Shown here in pieces: positions 47,802 to 57,623 of a DNA stretch of 64,000 nt. This DNA is from Chitinophagaceae bacterium. GTDB lineage: Bacteria; Bacteroidota; Bacteroidia; Chitinophagales; Chitinophagaceae. Under the pieces are notes generated by a model. The model was not told the origin of the DNA, did no database searches, and saw nothing but the letters and a program-made list of their open reading frames with translations. The stretch spans positions 34,582 through 98,581 of the forward strand of contig JAEUVD010000003.1 of NCBI GenBank assembly GCA_016787065.1. Direction: 5' to 3'. Position 1 is the first letter of the stretch. Every line of letters starts with the position of its first letter. A program made the translations under genes and the position numbers.

Positions 47802-49691
47802 ATGGAATTTCTAATTCATTATTGGTGGGTAGCCTTGCTACTCCTAAGCATCATTTTCTACAAATTTGTTCTACGCGTTTTTTTCGGAATGGTTATTGTT
47901 CCGGAAGACCGTCTCGGACTGGTCACGAAAAAATTTGTGCTCTTCGGTGCTAATCGAGAACTACCCGATGGTCGTATTGTTGCAACAAAAGGCGAAGCGG
48001 GTTTTCAAGCCCATACCCTTGCACCGGGTTTGTATTGGTGGATGTGGCCTTGGCAATATAGTGTACAATTCACGCCGTTTACTATTATACCTGAAGGTAA
48101 AATTGGTTTGGTTCTTTCAAAAGATGGTAAAGAAATACCAACCGGACGCATACTTGCACGTTTTGTGGAGAGCGATAACTTTCAAGATGCTACGAAGTTT
48201 TTAGAAGGAGGCGGACAACGTGGTCGTCAAACATCTTACATAACTGCCGGGAGCTACCGTATTAATCTCTTCTTGTTTGAAATTACCATTGTAGATCAAC
48301 TAATCATTAAAGAAAACATGGTTGGTATTGTAACAACACTTGATGGTGAACCTTTACCTATGAATAGTATCGCAGGGAAACAAGTAGAAGGTCATAATAA
48401 TTTTCAAGACATCGATTATTTCCTTGAACAAGGTGGTAACCGAGGATTACAACCTCAACCTATTTTAGCAGGTAGTTATTACATCAATCCTTGGGCTGTG
48501 CAGGTAGAAGAAACATTCATGACCGATGTTCCGATTGGTAATGTAGGTGTTGTAATAAGTTATATTGGTGAAGATGGTGTTGATGTAACAGGCGAAACAT
48601 TCAAGCACGGTAATATTGTAAAGAAAGGCTTTAAGGGTGTTTGGTTAGAACCGCTAGGTCCTGGTAAATACCCTATTAACCGATACACCATGAAGGTGGA
48701 ATTAGTGCCTACTACAAATCTGGTTCTGAACTGGGCTAATGCTCGTAGCGAAGCACATTCACTCGATAAAAATTTAAGTACCATTACGGTTCGAAGTAAA
48801 GATGGTTTCCCGTTCAATTTAGATGTTGCACAAATTATTCATGTACCCGCCAATGAAGCACCAAAAGTGATAGCGCGTTTTGGTAGTATGAATAATCTTG
48901 TATCGCAAGTGTTAGAACCTACTATTGGTAACTACTTCCGTAACTCCGCCCAAGATAGTGATGTGATTTCTTTCTTGAGCACCCGTAAAGAACGTCAGGA
49001 AGCCGCTAAAAACCATATTCGAGAAGTACTCGATGAGTATAACGTAAATGCCGTGGATACCTTAATTGGTGATATTGTTCCTCCGGATGCCTTAATGAAA
49101 ACCTTAACCGATCGTAAGATTGCGCAGGAGGAAGAAAAGACTTATGAAACGCAACGTATGGCTCAAGAGAAACGACAAGGTATGGAGAAGGAAACAGCCA
49201 TTGCAGATATGCAAAAGGAAATTGTAAAGGCGCAACAAAGCGTTGAAATTGCACAACGTACGGCCGATGCAACGGTTAAAAAAGCGGAAGGTGATGCCAC
49301 CTCTTTAAAACTTAATGTAAATGCTGAGGCAGAAGCTACGAAACTGCGTGCGAACGCCGAAGCAGAAGCCACCAAACTTCGAGCCGGTGCGCAAGCAGAA
49401 GCTACGAAATTGAATGCCACTGCCGATGCAGAGAAAATTTCTAAAACAGGTTTAGCGGAAGCAGAGAAAATTATGGCCATCGGTAAGAGTACCGCTGAAG
49501 CGTATGAACTTCAGGTGAAAGCTATGGGTGGAGATAATTTCGCACGATTGAAAGTAACCGAGGAAATTGCAAAAGGTAATATTAAAATTATACCAGACGT
49601 TTTAATTGGTGGCGGCAATAATGCCGAAGGTGGCATTAGTGGTTTGTTAGGATTGAAATTAATGGAAATGATGGATGATAAGAAGAAGTAA
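47802..49691 (+). CDS. SPFH/band-7 (flotillin-like) membrane protein
   Basis: N-terminal TM segment, an SPFH-like core and a C-terminal Ala/Glu-rich coiled coil with the reiterated AEAEATKLRA motif typical of flotillin/YqiK-type proteins. Confidence 0.75.
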   Translation: MEFLIHYWWVALLLLSIIFYKFVLRVFFGMVIVPEDRLGLVTKKFVLFGANRELPDGRIVATKGEAGFQAHTLAPGLYWWMWPWQYSVQFTPFTIIPEGKIGLVLSKDGKEIPTGRILARFVESDNFQDATKFLEGGGQRGRQTSYITAGSYRINLFLFEITIVDQLIIKENMVGIVTTLDGEPLPMNSIAGKQVEGHNNFQDIDYFLEQGGNRGLQPQPILAGSYYINPWAVQVEETFMTDVPIGNVGVVISYIGEDGVDVTGETFKHGNIVKKGFKGVWLEPLGPGKYPINRYTMKVELVPTTNLVLNWANARSEAHSLDKNLSTITVRSKDGFPFNLDVAQIIHVPANEAPKVIARFGSMNNLVSQVLEPTIGNYFRNSAQDSDVISFLSTRKERQEAAKNHIREVLDEYNVNAVDTLIGDIVPPDALMKTLTDRKIAQEEEKTYETQRMAQEKRQGMEKETAIADMQKEIVKAQQSVEIAQRTADATVKKAEGDATSLKLNVNAEAEATKLRANAEAEATKLRAGAQAEATKLNATADAEKISKTGLAEAEKIMAIGKSTAEAYELQVKAMGGDNFARLKVTEEIAKGNIKIIPDVLIGGGNNAEGGISGLLGLKLMEMMDDKKK

Positions 49692-49726
49692 GTCATGCAT
49701 CGGTTTACAGATGTGCTATAAATAAC

Positions 49727-49762
49727 AAAACGGATCGAGTTGCTCGATCCGTTTTTGTTTTT
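49727..49762. terminator. Bidirectional rho-independent terminator
   Basis: AAAACGGATCGAG-ttg-CTCGATCCGTTTT followed by tgtttttc, between convergent stops at 49691 (+) and 49771 (-). Confidence 0.85.
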
Positions 49763-49770
49763 CTGATTGA

Positions 49771-52700
49771 TTAATGGTTTAAGGTCATTCGTTTGCTATC
49801 AATGGTTTTGCCATCAACAACTAACGTATACGTATAAGTTCCGTTTGATAAGCCACCCGCATAAACAACCAATTCTCCACGACCTTTTTGAGATAAGAGT
49901 GATTTCTGAATCAACTTACCATCGCTGGTATAAAAGTGAATATATGCTGTTTGCGCATGTTCTGGAATGGTATAGGTAATAACTGTTTTATCAGAGAAAG
50001 GGTTTGGAACATTTTGATCAAGAATAATCACATTGCCATCTCCTAACGTAGTTTGTTGTGATGGTATTGTTTTGCTTGAAGCGATGGTTTGAATTTTTTC
50101 TGTTAAGCTTTGAATCAATTCATTTTGCTTTTCATTTTGTTCTTGTAATTCTTGAACTGCTTTCACTAATACCGGCACTAATCCATCATAGTTTACAGCT
50201 TTGTAATCAACAGCCTCTGTTATTGTTTTATGGTTCTTATCAACCATGGCAGGTTTGTGTTGTTCTTTTACTAACTCCGGAATAACCTCTTCCACTTCTT
50301 GAGCAATAAAACCATATTGCTTTCCTTTATCAAATTGCATTCCCCAATTATTGTCGGTTTGGTAATCATACGTAACCGGTTTCAACTTCATAATCAAATC
50401 CAAACTATTCGATATACCGCTAATGTTTTTCTTGAATTTTCGATCAGAAGAAATAAGATAACCTAAGGAAGATACAGGACCATTTACAAATACATCACCA
50501 TCAAAATAACCTGCGAAATCGCCAACAGCAAATTGAGTTTGTCCGTATACACCGATACGACTTCCAAAGGGATAGCTAGGTATGGCCGATGATCCGAAGT
50601 TAAAGCCACGACCTGTTACTCCAATACAATTAAAGGTATTCGAAAATGAGATCGCATCGAATATTCCACCAAACGTATACAACGCAGGATTCGACAATCC
50701 TTGAACGCCAACATTCATCATCGAAGAGTTACTTGCTTCAGCATAAACACCGGTATTCAAATTGTTCACATTCATCATAGATTCAAAATAACCGCCGAAA
50801 GTATTTCCGGCTATGTTACTTCCACCTTGCCCGAATACACCAATATTTCGTCGTGAAGAATTTAACGCTTTACCCCAAACACCATACGCATCGGTAGACA
50901 AACCTAAGTTATCTGATTCGCCATAAACACCCGTATTGGTAGACAACATGGTAGTATTATTATTTATGCCATGAATAGTATAGGAGAAAGGTGTAGCGTT
51001 TGTAGGGAAGGCGGTTATAACACTTAATTTTCCTGGAAGAATACTACTACAATTATAACCGATTCCAACATGATCGGTATTCGTAGCATCATCTCTAAAT
51101 AAATAATCATTGTTATTGAGTGGTACTTCGTATGGTCCGGTTAATGGGTTCGGAACTGTTCCGCAATAATTACCAACTCCAGAGCCACCACCGGTTGGCG
51201 AAGGAACATAAATGACATCACCGGATGCATCTACGGCTAACAATCCAGGACCCGGATTAGGAACCGTTGTTGCATTCGATTTTAAATCACGAAAACGTAA
51301 TCCACTCGCACCAGGGCCTGCTGTTGATGGTGAGGTTCCATTAATACCGGCATCAATTTCGAGTTTCGTTTGTGGCCCAGGAATATCTCCATTTAAACCG
51401 ATACCAACACGCATCACATTATCACCTAACAACATCTGATCGCTGTTACGTGTGTTTACACCATTACCAATGGAAACAGAATTACTAATCGTATTATTAA
51501 ACGGTCCGGAGCCACCGCCGATAGAAACATTAAAAGCACCACCGCCATTAAATCCGCTTCCGATACCTACGAAGGTGTTTTGAAAACCATTGTTGTTATG
51601 TCCGCTTAAATTACCAATAAATACATTATGCAAACCGGAATTATTATATCCGGCGCGCCAACCAACTACGGTATTCTCATCGGCACCTACCGCATTATTC
51701 GCACCGGCATCACAACCGATATAAGTTGAATTATTTAAGAAACCTGTATTTTGTCCGGCTGCAAAACCAACAAACGTGCTGTTTTGTCCCATCGAGGTAA
51801 ATGTACTATGCGCATCAGCACCCAATACAGTATTATTAATTCCAACATTCGGTCCGGGGGTTATCGCCGCACCGGCATTCACACCTAAAAAGATAGCATC
51901 GGTACTAGCCTTGTGATGCAACATCGTTTTATCATTGATTTGAAGAGCACCGGTTGCGCTAGTAATGTCGATGTCTTCTGTTGAATTAAAACCAGGACTC
52001 ACATCTAAGGCATCGTTCGGTGTTGTAATATTAATTCCCACGCTACCATTTGGATAGAGATCATAAATGTTCGTTTGACAAATAACATTCGGTGCAGACG
52101 TAGCCTTTACTACATTATTCGGTGGCGGGGGAGTAGTTGTACACATACTTACGTTTCCGGTGCTACTTCCACCGGGAACATAAATAACATCACCATTTGT
52201 ATTCACAGATAACACACCGGGTCCTGGATTAGGTACAGTTGTAGCATTGGATTTTAAATCTCTGAAACGTAAACCACTGGCACCGGGCCCTGCAGGCGAA
52301 GGGAGCATACCATTGATACCGGCATCAATTTCTAATTTATTAGATGGCCCAACAGGAGCTCCACTTAATCCGATACCAACAAACACGGAATTATTTCCCA
52401 AAATCATTTGATTGTTATTTGGAACAACGGCACCAGAACCAATGGCCGTTGCGTTTGTTAGCGAAGGACCACCTACATCAGCAAAATCACCTAAGAGGGT
52501 ATTTTGATTTCCTGAAATATTAGATAGTCCGGTATTGAAGCCAACAAAGGAATTGCTATTCCCCATAATATTGGCAGCACCACTGGAATTACCCACAAAG
52601 GTGTTGTGTAGACTGTAGCCGCCACCGGGGTTCTGACCAGCTTTCCAACCAACAAACACATTCTCAGCTCCGGTTTCCGATTCACCGGCATAAGCACCTA

Positions 52701-54357
52701 CAAAGGTATTGGTTACCCCTTGACCGGGATGAGCAGCCCCGGCACGATAACCTACAAAGGTGAAATCGGTAGCCACGTTCGCATTCATTCCGGCTTCTGC
52801 GCCAAGGTAGGTATTGTTTCCACCTAAACCTATGGCATTGCCACCGGCATCATGACCAAGCATGGTATTGTTATTCCCAAATAATGAATTAAAACCTGCA
52901 CCAACACCAACAAAAACATCATTCACATTACCCTTGTGCCAAAGCACCGGTTTATCATTTATTTCATAGCGGTTGGTAGCACTGGTAACATCGATATCAC
53001 CGGTTCCGGGAGAACCGGCTGCGGGCGGGCTCACATCTAAACCATCATTGGGTGCGGTTTGATTGATACCTACGGTACCAAAACCGGGTGCGAGATCAGT
53101 AATATTGGTGGCGCAAATAACATTTCCTCCAATATGTTTCACCACATTATCAATAGGTACAAAACCACAAATGTTTACACTTCCCGTACTAGCTGGCGCA
53201 TTCACCAGAATGACATCGCCATTGGCATCTACACTCAAGGCCTTTCCATTAGCGGGTTGTATGGCTGCTCCGGCGCGTAAATCGCCAAGCCGTAAACCGC
53301 TTAATCCTAAAGGACTTCCGGCGCTAGCTGTTTTTGTAATTTCAACTAAGTTGCCAGGAATTGTGCAGTTGATGATATCACCTATGCCTATTCTTCCATT
53401 GGCTAAGAAACCAAGTCCGGAAGGTTGACGGAAGAACAAACTGCGCTTCGCTAAATCAATGAGTCGATCCGATTGTAAACGTGCATTGAATATTTCCGTG
53501 TTGTTACCACATAAACCACCAAGTTGTACAATTCCACCTGTTGTTACTTGCAAGCCGTTATCGGCAGCGATGCTTGGAGATGCAGGTGCTGTTAGTACCA
53601 CATCACCATTGTTATCAACCGTAAGCACTTTATTGCTATTAACACCATTGGTACCATTGGGTACAATCGGACTGGTAGGAAGCAGATTGCGCAATCGCAG
53701 ACCGCTCGCATTTGGGAAGTACGGGTCACCTACTGCTGAGAATATTTCAACCCGATTACCGGCATCTTGATTCAACGGATTTGGTCCAAAGCGCCATCTT
53801 CCAGGATTGCCACTTGCAATACTCAAACGGCCGTATTCGGTTTGATTAATATTCCATACATAACGCGGAGTGAATCCAGGATACACATTGGTAACATTAT
53901 ACCAGAAGCCATTGTAGTTACCAATTTGTTCGGTTCTACTATTCGCCGTTTGAAGTAAAAAGGCGCGCCCCATGCGTAACGCGGTAGAGTTGGAATTCGC
54001 CGTGAATAAATCAATACTGGCAAAGGCTGCGGAATTACTTCCGTTATTACGAATACTGATGCCATCGCCGGTTAAGGTGGGTGTAGCATTGAAATTACTA
54101 TTGTTTAAACCGAAATTTGTGGTAGTACTAAAACGCCAAATTCCATTGGTATAATGATGCACTTCAGAATTCCAGAAGGTACCAAAAATATTATTGGTAG
54201 TTGGTGAATTGGTATTACCGCCACGGTACCATGCATGAATAGCATTGGCAGCAGTTCCGGGAAGTGATACACCGGTAGGATTTTGAGTGACTGTCATTTG
54301 TGCCTGGATTACCGTAGGTAGCATAGCGACAAGCAGAAGGAAGTATAGCTTTTTCAT
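49771..54357 (-). CDS. 1528-aa secreted fibre / beta-helix-like protein with a peptidase-S74 intramolecular-chaperone domain and a T9SS C-terminal sorting domain
   Basis: Signal peptide MKKLYFLLLVAMLPTVIQAQ. Many N(T/V)F(V/I)G..AG repeats. YLISSDRKFKKNISG...YGFIAQEVEEVIPELV is an S74 chaperone domain. The tail is NVPNPFSDKTVITYTIP...GTYTYTLVVDGKTIDSKRMTLNH. Confidence 0.88.
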   Translation of the reverse strand: MKKLYFLLLVAMLPTVIQAQMTVTQNPTGVSLPGTAANAIHAWYRGGNTNSPTTNNIFGTFWNSEVHHYTNGIWRFSTTTNFGLNNSNFNATPTLTGDGISIRNNGSNSAAFASIDLFTANSNSTALRMGRAFLLQTANSRTEQIGNYNGFWYNVTNVYPGFTPRYVWNINQTEYGRLSIASGNPGRWRFGPNPLNQDAGNRVEIFSAVGDPYFPNASGLRLRNLLPTSPIVPNGTNGVNSNKVLTVDNNGDVVLTAPASPSIAADNGLQVTTGGIVQLGGLCGNNTEIFNARLQSDRLIDLAKRSLFFRQPSGLGFLANGRIGIGDIINCTIPGNLVEITKTASAGSPLGLSGLRLGDLRAGAAIQPANGKALSVDANGDVILVNAPASTGSVNICGFVPIDNVVKHIGGNVICATNITDLAPGFGTVGINQTAPNDGLDVSPPAAGSPGTGDIDVTSATNRYEINDKPVLWHKGNVNDVFVGVGAGFNSLFGNNNTMLGHDAGGNAIGLGGNNTYLGAEAGMNANVATDFTFVGYRAGAAHPGQGVTNTFVGAYAGESETGAENVFVGWKAGQNPGGGYSLHNTFVGNSSGAANIMGNSNSFVGFNTGLSNISGNQNTLLGDFADVGGPSLTNATAIGSGAVVPNNNQMILGNNSVFVGIGLSGAPVGPSNKLEIDAGINGMLPSPAGPGASGLRFRDLKSNATTVPNPGPGVLSVNTNGDVIYVPGGSSTGNVSMCTTTPPPPNNVVKATSAPNVICQTNIYDLYPNGSVGINITTPNDALDVSPGFNSTEDIDITSATGALQINDKTMLHHKASTDAIFLGVNAGAAITPGPNVGINNTVLGADAHSTFTSMGQNSTFVGFAAGQNTGFLNNSTYIGCDAGANNAVGADENTVVGWRAGYNNSGLHNVFIGNLSGHNNNGFQNTFVGIGSGFNGGGAFNVSIGGGSGPFNNTISNSVSIGNGVNTRNSDQMLLGDNVMRVGIGLNGDIPGPQTKLEIDAGINGTSPSTAGPGASGLRFRDLKSNATTVPNPGPGLLAVDASGDVIYVPSPTGGGSGVGNYCGTVPNPLTGPYEVPLNNNDYLFRDDATNTDHVGIGYNCSSILPGKLSVITAFPTNATPFSYTIHGINNNTTMLSTNTGVYGESDNLGLSTDAYGVWGKALNSSRRNIGVFGQGGSNIAGNTFGGYFESMMNVNNLNTGVYAEASNSSMMNVGVQGLSNPALYTFGGIFDAISFSNTFNCIGVTGRGFNFGSSAIPSYPFGSRIGVYGQTQFAVGDFAGYFDGDVFVNGPVSSLGYLISSDRKFKKNISGISNSLDLIMKLKPVTYDYQTDNNWGMQFDKGKQYGFIAQEVEEVIPELVKEQHKPAMVDKNHKTITEAVDYKAVNYDGLVPVLVKAVQELQEQNEKQNELIQSLTEKIQTIASSKTIPSQQTTLGDGNVIILDQNVPNPFSDKTVITYTIPEHAQTAYIHFYTSDGKLIQKSLLSQKGRGELVVYAGGLSNGTYTYTLVVDGKTIDSKRMTLNH
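50086..50457 (-). other. Peptidase S74 (endosialidase-type intramolecular chaperone) domain-coding segment
   Basis: tct tct gat cga aaa ttc aag (S-S-D-R-K-F-K) was read on the minus strand at about 50440-50457. The Ser...Lys spacing (S, then K five residues later) matches the autoproteolytic dyad of this family. Confidence 0.7.
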
Positions 54358-54377
54358 GACCTTGTTATTTATTCTAT

Positions 54378-54385
54378 CAAATTTA
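54378..54385 (-). promoter_or_regulatory. TAnnTTTG box (TAAATTTG) upstream of the 1528-aa fibre gene
   Basis: Plus strand reads caaattta, 21-28 nt upstream of the ATG at 54357. Confidence 0.4.
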
Positions 54386-54546
54386 TTGGAAACAGCAAGA
54401 GAACTACGAAGTAATTAATAGTTGGCTCTTTTCAGTGTATGAAATGGAGTAATCAATGAATACTCTGTAATAATCACTGATTACTACCTAGAGTTATTTC
54501 CGAACTATGACGAGAAAGCATGAACAACAAGAGGTTATGTTCAACC

Positions 54547-55281
54547 TTACAAGTTCTTCAATCGCTCCAGAAAAAGGTCTTTGTTTTTGCGCGAAATATC
54601 CACCTGACTACCATCGGTCATTTTTGCAAAGAAGCCATCATGACTTACAAATCGCTCCACTTTGGATAAATTAATGATATGCGAATGATGACAACGAAAA
54701 AACAACTTAGGATCTAACTGACTTTCATATTCTTTGATGCTTTTTGAAACTAAGTGCTTAGCCCCATTTTCTAAACAGAACTCGCTGTAGTTTCCGGAGG
54801 CATGAACACTTACGATTTCTTTCTGTCGTAAAAAAATAATACCATCCTTTACCTGTAGTTCTAAAATTTCCGAACGATCTTTTTTTGAAGCATCCTGTGT
54901 GTCGTTTTCAGCTTCCAATGTTTGAACGAAGTTTTTAAAATCTTCGATCGAAATGGGTTTCAATAAATAATCGTACGCTTTCAGTTTAAGCGCTTTCAAC
55001 GCATGTTCTTCATGGGCTGTGGTGAAGATTAATTTGAATTGTTTGTAATGAAGTTTTTCAATTAATTCAAAACCATTCATCCCTGGCATATTAATATCTA
55101 AAAAAACAAGTTCGGGTTGATAGTCTTCAATCAACGCAACACCTTGGTTTGGTTTGGTTGAGAAACCAACCACTTTAATAAACGGGGCATAACGAAGAAT
55201 AAGTTCCTGTAGATTTTTAATTCCAGCAGGTTCATCGTCGATAATTACAGCGCGTTTCACCGCTCTAATATACGTGTTCAA
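54547..55281 (-). CDS. LytTR-family response regulator (REC + LytTR DNA-binding domain)
   Basis: VIIDDEP...ELVFLDINMPGMNGFEL is a receiver domain. The C-terminal GNYSEFCLENGAKHLVSKSIKEYESQL...FFRCHHSHIINL is a LytTR domain. The start is TTG 55281, or alternatively GTG 55260. Confidence 0.88.
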   Translation of the reverse strand: MNTYIRAVKRAVIIDDEPAGIKNLQELILRYAPFIKVVGFSTKPNQGVALIEDYQPELVFLDINMPGMNGFELIEKLHYKQFKLIFTTAHEEHALKALKLKAYDYLLKPISIEDFKNFVQTLEAENDTQDASKKDRSEILELQVKDGIIFLRQKEIVSVHASGNYSEFCLENGAKHLVSKSIKEYESQLDPKLFFRCHHSHIINLSKVERFVSHDGFFAKMTDGSQVDISRKNKDLFLERLKNL

Positions 55282-55290
55282 CGCCTGATT

Positions 55291-55323
55291 TTTTCAAAAA
55301 AGAAACCGCCCAATTTAGGCGGT
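55291..55323 (-). terminator. Rho-independent terminator after the OM beta-barrel gene
   Basis: Minus strand reads ACCGCC-taaattg-GGCGGT followed by ttcttttttg. Confidence 0.55.
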
Positions 55324-55358
55324 CACTTTGATGAAAAGGAGAACACAAAATAAATTAC

Positions 55359-56240
55359 TTATTGTCCTAATAACCGAATGCCAAAACAGTAAGGATATTG
55401 TTCTGTACCGTATTCCGTTAGTGGCGTTAAGTTACGTTTGAAATAGAGGCTCACACCACTATAACCGATTTCTGCCTGCAAACCCATTTGGAATTTATTC
55501 AAATTGAAATCTTCAAATTCTTTCTCTTTTTGATCGGAACCGGAACGTATTTGCTTCGTATGCGCACGAACCAGATAACCCGCAAAACCTCCAAGCGAAA
55601 TGCAAACGTTTCGGTCATCATCGCGCGGACTCGTTTCAAAACGAAGGAGCACAGGTACTTGAAGATAATTGGTTACCAGTTTGTTCTTTTTATAGCTGAA
55701 ACTATCCTTAAAAATAGCCGGACCATCGTAGGTATCCATACCGGTTGAATCAATCGGAGAAGTCATTTCCCAACGTATCGATTCTTTATAACGCCAGTTA
55801 TTAATGTCGTAGGTAATACCATACATCAAGCTTACATAATGTTTGTACAAACTGAGTTGTTGTTTTACGATCGTAAAATTGAAGTGCATCGATTTACCGG
55901 AACGGAGATCAAAATCATCGTCGGTACGTTGGTTGATAAAATCACGATCGCGGTTTGGCATGCGAATTACGGATGCCGGATCGTAGTTCGTTTCGTCGGT
56001 GTATTGATTGAAACCCATATCGAAACCGAACCAATACGTTTCAAGCGTATGCCGACTGCTATCCTTCGACTTTGATCCGAGGTGTACACCCATCGCTTTT
56101 TTCTTGCCATCTTTTTCGGTGAAAATTATTTTTCCTCGTCCGCCAAGAAAGGTGGTGCTGTCTTTTTTTTCTTCCTGAGCTTTCAGTAATAACGGCGTTA
56201 GAAAGAATAGGCTTGTAATTAATAATGCTAAATATTTCAT
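55359..56240 (-). CDS. Outer-membrane beta-barrel (porin-like) protein
   Basis: Signal peptide MKYLALLITSLFFLTPLLLKAQ and alternating amphipathic beta-strand pattern through to the C-terminus. Confidence 0.5.
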   Translation of the reverse strand: MKYLALLITSLFFLTPLLLKAQEEKKDSTTFLGGRGKIIFTEKDGKKKAMGVHLGSKSKDSSRHTLETYWFGFDMGFNQYTDETNYDPASVIRMPNRDRDFINQRTDDDFDLRSGKSMHFNFTIVKQQLSLYKHYVSLMYGITYDINNWRYKESIRWEMTSPIDSTGMDTYDGPAIFKDSFSYKKNKLVTNYLQVPVLLRFETSPRDDDRNVCISLGGFAGYLVRAHTKQIRSGSDQKEKEFEDFNLNKFQMGLQAEIGYSGVSLYFKRNLTPLTEYGTEQYPYCFGIRLLGQ

Positions 56241-56251
56241 GGTGAATTTTT

Positions 56252-57127
56252 TTAATGATTAATGTTGAATAAAACTTTGTTTCCAACCATAACAGTTACT
56301 TCAGTTTGTTCGAGCGTTTTTTTCGTTTCTTTAAGGCTATGTTTTAATGCGAGCAGTTTGTTGATAGCTTTAAACAAAACCGGCTGTTTTTTCTGATTCA
56401 ATTCAATGGCGTGTACTGCTTTACTATTGTTTGCAACCAATGGTTCTTCAGCATGCGTTGGATCGGAATTCGTGGCAGGCAATGGTTCTTGAGCTATCAC
56501 AATTGGGGTCTCTCTGAGTTGATTGATTGAAGGCTGATTAGCTTCTTGATTTTTAGGAGCTTCTATCACTTGATGTTTTGGGGTTTCCACGGTGTTTACT
56601 ACAACCGGAACTTCTTGTTTAGGTTCATGGCTTGAAGGTGTTTTTCTTTTTACATCCGAACCTTGTTTGTAGCGGTTAGTTTCTTTTTTTGTTTCTACCG
56701 AAGCTAGTTGTTGAACAGGGGTTTGTTGTAAGCGCTGTTGTTTTTCTTCTACTCGAATATCGGGCTTAGAAAGGGGTTCAGCATCGTTGGTTTGAGTATG
56801 CTGCGCAACGTTTATTTCAGGTTCAGATTTCGGAAGTAGAAAAAATAAAGCCAGCACAACACCCGAAAACATGGCTGCAATGGCCAAATATTTCTTTATT
56901 GGAAATACAGCCTTTAATGCTGGTTTTTCTTCTTTATAGAGTGTTTCTTTATAATCGAAGGTTATAGTTTCATCGGGCGTTAATAAGGTTTGTTGAAGTA
57001 ATAAGAACTCTTCCTCCACCTCAGGATTTTCCTGTAAAAATTGCAACACCGCGTTTGTTTCCTCTGCAGATAATTCGTTGTGCAGATAATCAATTAGAAA
57101 AGCCTCGTAGTTCGATTTGTTAATCAT
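56252..57127 (-). CDS. Putative anti-sigma factor (single-pass membrane protein)
   Basis: It lies 10 nt downstream of the ECF sigma gene. The N-terminus YEAFLIDYLHNELSAEETNAVLQFLQENPE is anti-sigma-like, there is a central TM segment (YLAIAAMFSGVVLALFFLL), and the C-terminus is low-complexity. Confidence 0.5.
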   Translation of the reverse strand: MINKSNYEAFLIDYLHNELSAEETNAVLQFLQENPEVEEEFLLLQQTLLTPDETITFDYKETLYKEEKPALKAVFPIKKYLAIAAMFSGVVLALFFLLPKSEPEINVAQHTQTNDAEPLSKPDIRVEEKQQRLQQTPVQQLASVETKKETNRYKQGSDVKRKTPSSHEPKQEVPVVVNTVETPKHQVIEAPKNQEANQPSINQLRETPIVIAQEPLPATNSDPTHAEEPLVANNSKAVHAIELNQKKQPVLFKAINKLLALKHSLKETKKTLEQTEVTVMVGNKVLFNINH

Positions 57128-57137
57128 GATTTTCTTT

Positions 57138-57623
57138 TTATACTTGTTCTTCTAATTTAGTAATAGCTTGTTTTAATCCTATCCGAGCGCGATGTAAATA
57201 CACCTTTACTTGGGTACTATCGATACCGGTTATTTGTTGCATTTCATCGTAACTGTATCCTTCATAATCACGTAATAAAACCAATTGTCGTTGTATAGCG
57301 GGAAGTGCTTGTAAGGCCTTGTTTAATAAATCTCGGAGGTCTTTTCGATGCCCCGTATCACCCAAAGCCTGTTCGTGAATTTCTTCTTTCAAGGTTTCAC
57401 GTTTACGTTTTCTAATATGATCAATCATTTTACGATAGGCTACAGTAAAAAGAAAGCTCTTGCATTTAGTTACTTCCACTTCTTCTCGCTTATCCCAAAC
57501 GGTTAAGAATGAACTTTGTACAATATCTCGAGCATCTTCTGAATGACCAAGATTTTTTACAATGAAACGATACACATCATCGGAGTAATTTGTTACACTT
57601 TGATTGTATTCTTGAACCGTCAT
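57138..57623 (-). CDS. ECF-type RNA polymerase sigma-70 factor
   Basis: 161 aa. Region 2 is DARDIVQSSFLTVW...FLFTVAYRKMIDHIRKRK. Region 4 is LPAIQRQLVLLRDYEGYSYDEMQQITGIDSTQVKVYLHRAR. Confidence 0.9.
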   Translation of the reverse strand: MTVQEYNQSVTNYSDDVYRFIVKNLGHSEDARDIVQSSFLTVWDKREEVEVTKCKSFLFTVAYRKMIDHIRKRKRETLKEEIHEQALGDTGHRKDLRDLLNKALQALPAIQRQLVLLRDYEGYSYDEMQQITGIDSTQVKVYLHRARIGLKQAITKLEEQV

